Positions 25,291 through 30,857 of a stretch of 30,857 nt of DNA are shown here, piece by piece. How positions within the stretch are numbered: the first letter of the stretch is position 1; every line of letters starts with the position of its first letter. The notes beneath the pieces were generated by a model. It saw only the letters and a list, made by a program, of their open reading frames with translations. It had not been told where the DNA came from and made no database searches. Source of the stretch: an uncultured Clostridia bacterium (GTDB lineage Bacteria > Bacillota > Clostridia > TANB77 > RGIG9151); contig CAKSUD010000014.1 of NCBI GenBank assembly GCA_934500865.1, positions 1 through 30,857 on the forward strand. The letters run 5' to 3'. Both the position numbers and the translations under genes were made by a program.

Positions 25291-25320
25291 AAAAAAACGA
25301 GGCGGATAAAATCCGCCCCG
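25291..25320 (-). terminator. intrinsic terminator after the 129-aa orphan gene
   Basis: The - strand forms hairpin GGCGGA-TTTTA-TCCGCC, with extra flanking pairs, followed by TTTTTTT. Confidence 0.7.
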
Positions 25321-25326
25321 TTTCCA

Positions 25327-25716
25327 CTATCTTGTGCTCTCAATTTGGAAAATCCAATCGTAAAAGTCATATTCGGTTTCATTATCAATCGCAACCAGTA
25401 CTCTCTCAAACATTTCCGAGAACTCACCTGCTTTAGCATACTTACCTGCTATAACAGACGCATAAAACTTTTTCTTTTCCTTCACGCCATTTCTCACAAA
25501 TTTCTTAAGCCATTTAATATCCTCTTCAATTTTCTTTTTCTCTTCCGATTCCTCTTCGTCCTCAATAAGGTTCTCAACAATTTTCGCACGATAAGCCAAC
25601 TTTAACGCATCATCAAACGTTCTAAGGAGAATACTTTCACCATTATTCTCCAAGATTGCATACGCTGCCGCGAGCTTAACCTTGTTGCTGTCCATAAGTG
25701 CATAATACTCGTTCAT
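25327..25716 (-). CDS. hypothetical acidic/helical protein (129 aa), no family recognised
   Basis: ATG preceded by GTAGGAGGA. It has its own consensus promoter and terminator, and a central E/K-rich segment. Confidence 0.6.
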   Translation of the reverse strand: MNEYYALMDSNKVKLAAAYAILENNGESILLRTFDDALKLAYRAKIVENLIEDEEESEEKKKIEEDIKWLKKFVRNGVKEKKKFYASVIAGKYAKAGEFSEMFERVLVAIDNETEYDFYDWIFQIESTR

Positions 25717-25772
25717 GGTAATTCCTCCTACAAAAAAATGAAAAGGTTGATAATATGTTAAATTCCTCATTT

Positions 25773-25801
25773 ATTATATATGAGTGTCTTGTTATTGTCA
25801 A
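25773..25801 (-). promoter_or_regulatory. consensus sigma-A promoter for the 129-aa orphan gene
   Basis: The - strand has TTGACA (25796-25801), a 17-nt spacer and TATAAT (25773-25778), immediately after the feoB stop. Confidence 0.65.
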
Positions 25802-25810
25802 CTTTAACTT

Positions 25811-27928
25811 TTACAATATTACATTTCCCATAAAATTAATTAGCATACAGCACACAATACCAGCAATAGTCGGCAATAAAAAAGCAACAATCATCCATTT
25901 AACACTATTGGTTTCTTTTTTTATAGTAAGTAATGTTGTAGCACAAGGAAAATGAAATAGAGAAAATGTCATAGTACAAAGTGCCGTAACCCACGTCCAA
26001 CCGTTATTAACTAATATACTTTTTAACGCATCTAAACTTTCATATTCCATAAGCATACCAGTAGACATATACGACATAAGCATAACCGGAATAACAATTT
26101 CATTAGCAGGAATACCTAAAATAAATGCTAAAAGTATTGTTCCGTCTAACCCCATAATTCTCGCAAATGGTTCTAGAGATGTTGTGCAATAACTTAAAAT
26201 ACTAGCTCCTCCAACGCTCACATTTGCTAAAATCCAAATAAAAAAACCGGCAGGAATTGCAACAACTACTGCACGCCCCAAAACCGAAAGCGTCTTATCA
26301 AAAATCGAGCGAACAATAACTTTAAAAAACTGTGGCCGTCTATATGGCGGTAATTCCAGTGTAAAAGATGATGGCTCACCTTTTAATAACGTATTAGATA
26401 AAAATTTAGATACAATAAGCGTTGCGAAAATACCAATTAAAATTACTAAAGTAAGTAATAATGCTGACATAAACGAATTAAACACACCAAAACTTGACGC
26501 AAAAAACATAGAAATAATTGCTATTAACGTAGGAAATCTTCCATTACACGGTACAAAATTATTTGTAAGCACTGCAATTAGTCTTTCTCTCGGCGAATCT
26601 ATAATTCTGCAACCAATTACACCACATGCATTGCATCCAAAGCCCATACACATCGTAAGAGCCTGTTTTCCATGAGCACAAGCCTTTTTAAAATATTTAT
26701 CCATATTAAAAGCTATCCTTGGTAAATATCCCGAATCCTCAAGCAGTGTAAAAAGCGGGAAAAATATCGCCATAGGCGGTAACATCACAGACACAACCCA
26801 TGCAAGAGTTCTATACATTCCATAAACAATAGCCTTTGCAAACGCAATTGGAATTTTTACTTTAATCAAAAACTCATATATCGATTCTTCAATTCCAAAC
26901 AGTACTTTAGAAATAAGCCCTGACGGATAATTCGCGCCAACAATAGTAATCCAAAAAACAACCCCGAGCAGTAAAAGCATAATAGGAATTCCAAAGCGCT
27001 TGGAAGTTAAAATTCTATCTAATTTTCTATCTCTTTCATTGTATTTTGAATCTTCAATTTTAACACAAACCTTGTATATTCCTTCTGCCTTCTCCATAAC
27101 AGACGTAACCAAACTATCCCTTATTTCATCTTTTTTAATTCCGTTCTCCTCAAGATATAAGTATAATTCTTCTAGTTTTTGACTTATCTTAGGTACTTTC
27201 ATAACATCTATACCTAAACATTCTTTTATCCTGCTCCCTAAAGTTTCATCATAATCTAAAAGCTTTAAGGAAAGCCATCTAGTATTAAGTTTTCCTTTAG
27301 AAATATCCCTTAATCTCTCCTCTAGTTCAGAAATTGCGTACTCTATTCTTTCATCATACTTTACCCTGACTTTAAACCTTCTTTTTTCACTTCCAATTAG
27401 TTTTGAAGTTTTTGCTATAAGTTCTTTAATTCCCTTTCCTTGTCTCGCCTCAGTTCCCACAACTGGTACACCCAGTTGCAAAGATAGCTCATCTAAATCT
27501 ATATTTATTTTTTTCTTTCTCGCTTCATCCATTAAATTAACGCATACAACCATATTGTCTGTCACTTCTGCTATTTGTAAAACTAAATTCAAATTTCTTT
27601 CAAGAGATGTAGCATCTATAACTACAATTGTAGCGTCTATGTCCCCAAAACAAATAAAATCCCTTGCAATTTCCTCTTCATATGAATTTGCAAGAAGTGA
27701 ATATGTACCCGGAACATCTACCAAAGTATAATTATATATTCCATCACTATAGCTGCCCCTCGCATTAGAAACCGTCTTACCGGGCCAGTTACCTGTATGT
27801 TGTTTAAGTCCTGTCAATGCATTAAAAACCGTACTCTTGCCAACATTCGGATTACCGGCTAAAGCAATAGTCTTTTGCTTTAACTTCTTATCCGAGAACA
27901 TAGCAGTTGTCTTACGAAAAAAACTCAT
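25811..27928 (-). CDS. feoB: ferrous iron transporter FeoB
   Basis: N-terminal G domain (GNPNVGKST, DVPGTYS, NLMD) and a large polytopic C-terminal permease. The start is set at MSFFRK after AGAGGGA; the track ORF begins at an upstream TTG. Confidence 0.93.
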   Translation of the reverse strand: MSFFRKTTAMFSDKKLKQKTIALAGNPNVGKSTVFNALTGLKQHTGNWPGKTVSNARGSYSDGIYNYTLVDVPGTYSLLANSYEEEIARDFICFGDIDATIVVIDATSLERNLNLVLQIAEVTDNMVVCVNLMDEARKKKINIDLDELSLQLGVPVVGTEARQGKGIKELIAKTSKLIGSEKRRFKVRVKYDERIEYAISELEERLRDISKGKLNTRWLSLKLLDYDETLGSRIKECLGIDVMKVPKISQKLEELYLYLEENGIKKDEIRDSLVTSVMEKAEGIYKVCVKIEDSKYNERDRKLDRILTSKRFGIPIMLLLLGVVFWITIVGANYPSGLISKVLFGIEESIYEFLIKVKIPIAFAKAIVYGMYRTLAWVVSVMLPPMAIFFPLFTLLEDSGYLPRIAFNMDKYFKKACAHGKQALTMCMGFGCNACGVIGCRIIDSPRERLIAVLTNNFVPCNGRFPTLIAIISMFFASSFGVFNSFMSALLLTLVILIGIFATLIVSKFLSNTLLKGEPSSFTLELPPYRRPQFFKVIVRSIFDKTLSVLGRAVVVAIPAGFFIWILANVSVGGASILSYCTTSLEPFARIMGLDGTILLAFILGIPANEIVIPVMLMSYMSTGMLMEYESLDALKSILVNNGWTWVTALCTMTFSLFHFPCATTLLTIKKETNSVKWMIVAFLLPTIAGIVCCMLINFMGNVIL

Positions 27929-28004
27929 ACATATCCCTCTTTTCTGAGATATTATATGAGTTCTTTTCAAAACTTGTTAATATATGAAATCGGACTAATC
28001 CGTC

Positions 28005-28229
28005 TCAAAAATCGATTTTTATTTTCTTGGCATCTTCACCACGAATAGCAACAATAGTCCCACGAATTAGGTAAGCAGTAGGGTCACCCGAAGGACTGCT
28101 AAATAAAGCCGTAATAAATGCACCCGCAGTAAAACCCAAATCCAATAATCTTCTTTTATTTTTCTCGTAAGACACAAGAGATGCAACTTTTCCGGTACAC
28201 CCAATCGGTAAATTATCTAGTGTATCCAT
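28005..28229 (-). CDS. feoA: FeoA family iron transport protein
   Basis: 74 aa with an SH3-like FeoA pattern (RLLDLGF..G, ..IAIR...A..I.I). The start is chosen at the ATG with GGAG 6 nt upstream; an alternative start lies 4 codons earlier. Confidence 0.85.
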   Translation of the reverse strand: MDTLDNLPIGCTGKVASLVSYEKNKRRLLDLGFTAGAFITALFSSPSGDPTAYLIRGTIVAIRGEDAKKIKIDF

Positions 28230-28266
28230 AGCTATCTCCATTCCATCTTTTCTTATTTCATACTAT

Positions 28267-28295
28267 ATTATATGCTTTACACAAATTATTGTTAA
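28267..28295 (-). promoter_or_regulatory. sigma-A promoter for feoAB
   Basis: The - strand has TTAACA (28290-28295), a 17-nt spacer and TATAAT (28267-28272). Confidence 0.55.
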
Positions 28296-28298
28296 CTC

Positions 28299-29018
28299 TT
28301 ACTTTAGCATAATATAAGCTGCCATTCTGCCGGAATCCTTATCGCCCTTTCTGTACGAGTAAAATCTTTCCGAATTACAAGCTGTACAAATTCCCTTACA
28401 TTCAATATTTTCCCGTCTTATACCAGACTCAAGCAGCATTTGGATATTTGCATTCCATAAATCAACATATAATTTCCCGTTATCCTCAAACGCTCCAACA
28501 GGAAGTAACTTTTTAAACTGGTTGTATACATCCTCATTAACCTCGAAGCAACAAGGTCCAATAGAAGGCCCTATTCCCACTAAGATATCATCAGTCTTTG
28601 AGCCATACTTATTCACCATTTCTCGGACTGCCTCTCTACCTATAAACTTTATCGTTCCCTTCCAACCGGAATGGACAGAAGCGATAACCTCCTTTTCAGG
28701 GTCAAAAAACAAAAGAGGTACACAATCAGCATAGCAGGTAGCAAGTAACTTTCCTTTGCAATTAGTCATAAGACCATCATATTCTAATATGTTATTTTTA
28801 GTATTCTCGTCAATAATTCTTATATTTTTGTCATGTACTTGATTAACAAAAAACATATCTTTTTCCTCGATTTTAAGCTCAGTAGCAAGTTTTTCCTTGC
28901 TTAAAATAAAATCAGGAGAAATAACATCAATATGCATAAAATCATTTCCACGACAAGTAATCCCATGTTCAATAACATCCGAATATTCCTCAAACATCTT
29001 AAATTTTACTTGCTCCAT
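28299..29018 (-). CDS. pgeF: peptidoglycan editing factor PgeF / YfiH (Cu-oxidase_4 family)
   Basis: 239 aa with the family motifs NQVH, CYADCVPLLFFDP and HSGWKGT. RBS is aggagg. Confidence 0.85.
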   Translation of the reverse strand: MEQVKFKMFEEYSDVIEHGITCRGNDFMHIDVISPDFILSKEKLATELKIEEKDMFFVNQVHDKNIRIIDENTKNNILEYDGLMTNCKGKLLATCYADCVPLLFFDPEKEVIASVHSGWKGTIKFIGREAVREMVNKYGSKTDDILVGIGPSIGPCCFEVNEDVYNQFKKLLPVGAFEDNGKLYVDLWNANIQMLLESGIRRENIECKGICTACNSERFYSYRKGDKDSGRMAAYIMLK

Positions 29019-29033
29019 AGCTACCTCCTATTT

Positions 29034-30857
29034 TTACTCAACAGTAACTGATTTTGCCAAGTTTCTTGGCTTATCTACATCGCATCCTTTATCCACTGCG
29101 CAGTAGTATGCAAACATTTGAAGAGGAACAACCTCTAAAATTGAAGTTAATCTATCATCTAGCTTAGGTAAATATAAAACTTCATCAGCGACTTCGGCAA
29201 TTTTTTCATTGCCTTCTTGCGCTAATGCTATAACAATAGCCCCCCTTGCTTTTACCTCTTTTATATTACTCAACATTTTTTCAAATAATTCATTTTGAGT
29301 TGCAAGCGCAAAAACAACTGTTCCCTCTTCGATTAACGCAATTGTTCCATGCTTTAACTCTCCCGCAGCATACGCCTCAGAATGAATATATGAAATTTCC
29401 TTTAGCTTAAGAGAACCTTCCATTGCAACCATATAATCAAGCCCGCGTCCAAGATAGAAAATATCTCTTTCTCCATGATGCTTTTTAGCCATACTCTCGA
29501 CAACATCCATTTTACCCAATAGCACATCCATTTTCTCCGGAATTGTTAGCAACTCTTGAACCAAATTCTTGGCTTCATCTAACTTTAAGTTTCCACTCAA
29601 AACACCAAATTTAATTGCAATCATATACATAGCTGAAAGCTGAGTTGTATAACCCTTTGTTGAAGCAACAGCAATTTCAGGACCTGCCCAAGTGTAGATA
29701 ACATCATCTGCTTCTCTAGCAATAGAACTTCCGACAACATTAACAATACCAAGAATTTTTGCACCCTTTTTCTTTGCATCTCTTAACGCAGCCAAAGTAT
29801 CTGCTGTTTCACCGGACTGACTTACAATTATAACTAAAGTTTTATTATCTATTATAGGGTTTCTATATCTAAACTCCGATGCGATATCTACTTCAACCGG
29901 GATTCTAGCAAAATTCTCGATTAAATACTTCCCTACCATTCCGGCATGATATGCACTTCCACATGCCACAATAAAAATTCTGCTTACATTTTTTAAGTCT
30001 TCTGCAGTCATATGAATTGTGTCAAACTCAATCATACCACTCTTAACTCTTGGCATAATCGTGTCATGTATAACCTTAGGTTGCTCGTTCATTTCTTTTA
30101 GCATAAAATGTTCATATCCGCTTTTCTCAGCAGAAGCAATATCCCATTCAACTTTAAACACATTTTTACTAATAGACTTTTTATCCAAGTCACAAATTTC
30201 AACCTTATCACGAGTTAAATGAACTATTTCTAAGTCATTTAATAAATATGTATCTCTTGTATATTCTAGAATTGCAGGTATATCAGATGCAATAAAGTTT
30301 TCATTTTCACCAATTCCAACAATTAAAGGACTATCCTTTCTTACAGCAACAATTTCATCGGGATTGTTCTTATTTATCATTCCGATTGCAAAAGACCCTT
30401 TTATATCATGAATAACTTTTATTAATGTATCTACCAAATCACCGTTATAGTACATTTGTGCCAGGTGAGCTATTACCTCTGTATCAGTTTCAGAATAAAA
30501 CTTATACCCCTTTTCGATAAGCTCCTTTTTTAAATCCAAGTAGTTCTCAATAATTCCGTTATGGACTACCGCAATATCTCCCGAATTACTTAAATGAGGA
30601 TGAGAATTTTCATCAGATGGTGCACCATGAGTAGCCCACCTTGTATGACCTATTCCAACTGTTCCGTGAGGCATTCTTCCCTCGAATCTTGAGACTAAAT
30701 CAGCCAATCTTCCTTTAGTTTTTATAACACTCGTTTCTCCATTAGAGATGACTGCAATTCCTGCAGAATCATATCCTCTATATTCTAACTTGCTAAGTCC
30801 GTTTATTAAAACAGGAGCTGCGTCTCTTTTACCTATATATCCAACTATTCCGCACAT
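29034..30857 (-). CDS. glmS: glutamine--fructose-6-phosphate aminotransferase
   Basis: 607 aa with N-terminal MCGIVGY (catalytic Cys2), two SIS domains and the C-terminal KPRNLAKSVTVE. The start codon is the last 3 nt of the window, so its leader is not visible. Confidence 0.97.
   Translation of the reverse strand: MCGIVGYIGKRDAAPVLINGLSKLEYRGYDSAGIAVISNGETSVIKTKGRLADLVSRFEGRMPHGTVGIGHTRWATHGAPSDENSHPHLSNSGDIAVVHNGIIENYLDLKKELIEKGYKFYSETDTEVIAHLAQMYYNGDLVDTLIKVIHDIKGSFAIGMINKNNPDEIVAVRKDSPLIVGIGENENFIASDIPAILEYTRDTYLLNDLEIVHLTRDKVEICDLDKKSISKNVFKVEWDIASAEKSGYEHFMLKEMNEQPKVIHDTIMPRVKSGMIEFDTIHMTAEDLKNVSRIFIVACGSAYHAGMVGKYLIENFARIPVEVDIASEFRYRNPIIDNKTLVIIVSQSGETADTLAALRDAKKKGAKILGIVNVVGSSIAREADDVIYTWAGPEIAVASTKGYTTQLSAMYMIAIKFGVLSGNLKLDEAKNLVQELLTIPEKMDVLLGKMDVVESMAKKHHGERDIFYLGRGLDYMVAMEGSLKLKEISYIHSEAYAAGELKHGTIALIEEGTVVFALATQNELFEKMLSNIKEVKARGAIVIALAQEGNEKIAEVADEVLYLPKLDDRLTSILEVVPLQMFAYYCAVDKGCDVDKPRNLAKSVTVE

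Noticed and set aside
28273-28295. Fur box overlapping the feoA promoter (AACAATAATTTGTG)
   Set aside because: It is only a weak, partial resemblance to the TGATAAT-N-ATTATCA consensus, so I cannot support it without a matrix scan.
30840-30857. glmS ribozyme
   Set aside because: It would lie upstream of the glmS start, which is the last base of the window. It is not observable here.
1-30857. CRISPR arrays, tRNA/rRNA genes, IS elements and long dispersed repeats
   Set aside because: By eye I found no regularly spaced repeats, no cloverleaf-compatible intergenic segments, no transposase-like ORFs and no terminal inverted repeats. The intergenic spacers are short and are accounted for by promoters and terminators.

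Overview
AT-rich (about 30-34% G+C in hand-sampled stretches) Firmicutes/Clostridia-type chromosomal segment. I call 34 protein genes, 30 of them on the - strand. Most are core housekeeping genes: tyrS with a Tyr T-box leader, ffh-ylxM, a CYTH protein, rodA, minDE, metK, rluB, a CNNM/CorC pair, trmL, feoAB, pgeF and glmS. Envelope genes include an SLH/PepSY protein, a GHL10 hydrolase and a SleB-like hydrolase. No rRNA, tRNA, CRISPR array, transposase, integrase or known multi-gene defence system was seen, so no complete novel system can be claimed. Several things are not ordinary. (1) Three + strand single-gene cassettes (1727-2632 GNAT-like, 10140-10487, 11833-12255) sit between core genes; each has its own near-consensus promoter and hairpin terminator, and all are richer in G+C, CpG and C-ending codons than their neighbours. 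A fourth, weaker case lies on the - strand at 25327-25716. (2) A perfect 11-bp-arm palindrome lies in the divergent metK/orphan control region, where no SAM riboswitch is recognisable. (3) A tightly packed mixed operon (about 16512-21652) contains an orphan DPPY DNA methyltransferase whose stop codon abuts the cdd start codon. (4) In the same operon, an oadB/oadG pair has no carboxyltransferase or biotin carrier, and the oadG-like ORF carries a 47-bp copy of an internal oadB segment. (5) A Rad52/Sak-type annealing protein gene stands alone without phage context. (6) A stand-alone fragment resembles the P-type ATPase nucleotide-binding domain. (7) minDE has no adjacent minC. All function calls come from motif recognition by eye; no database search was possible.
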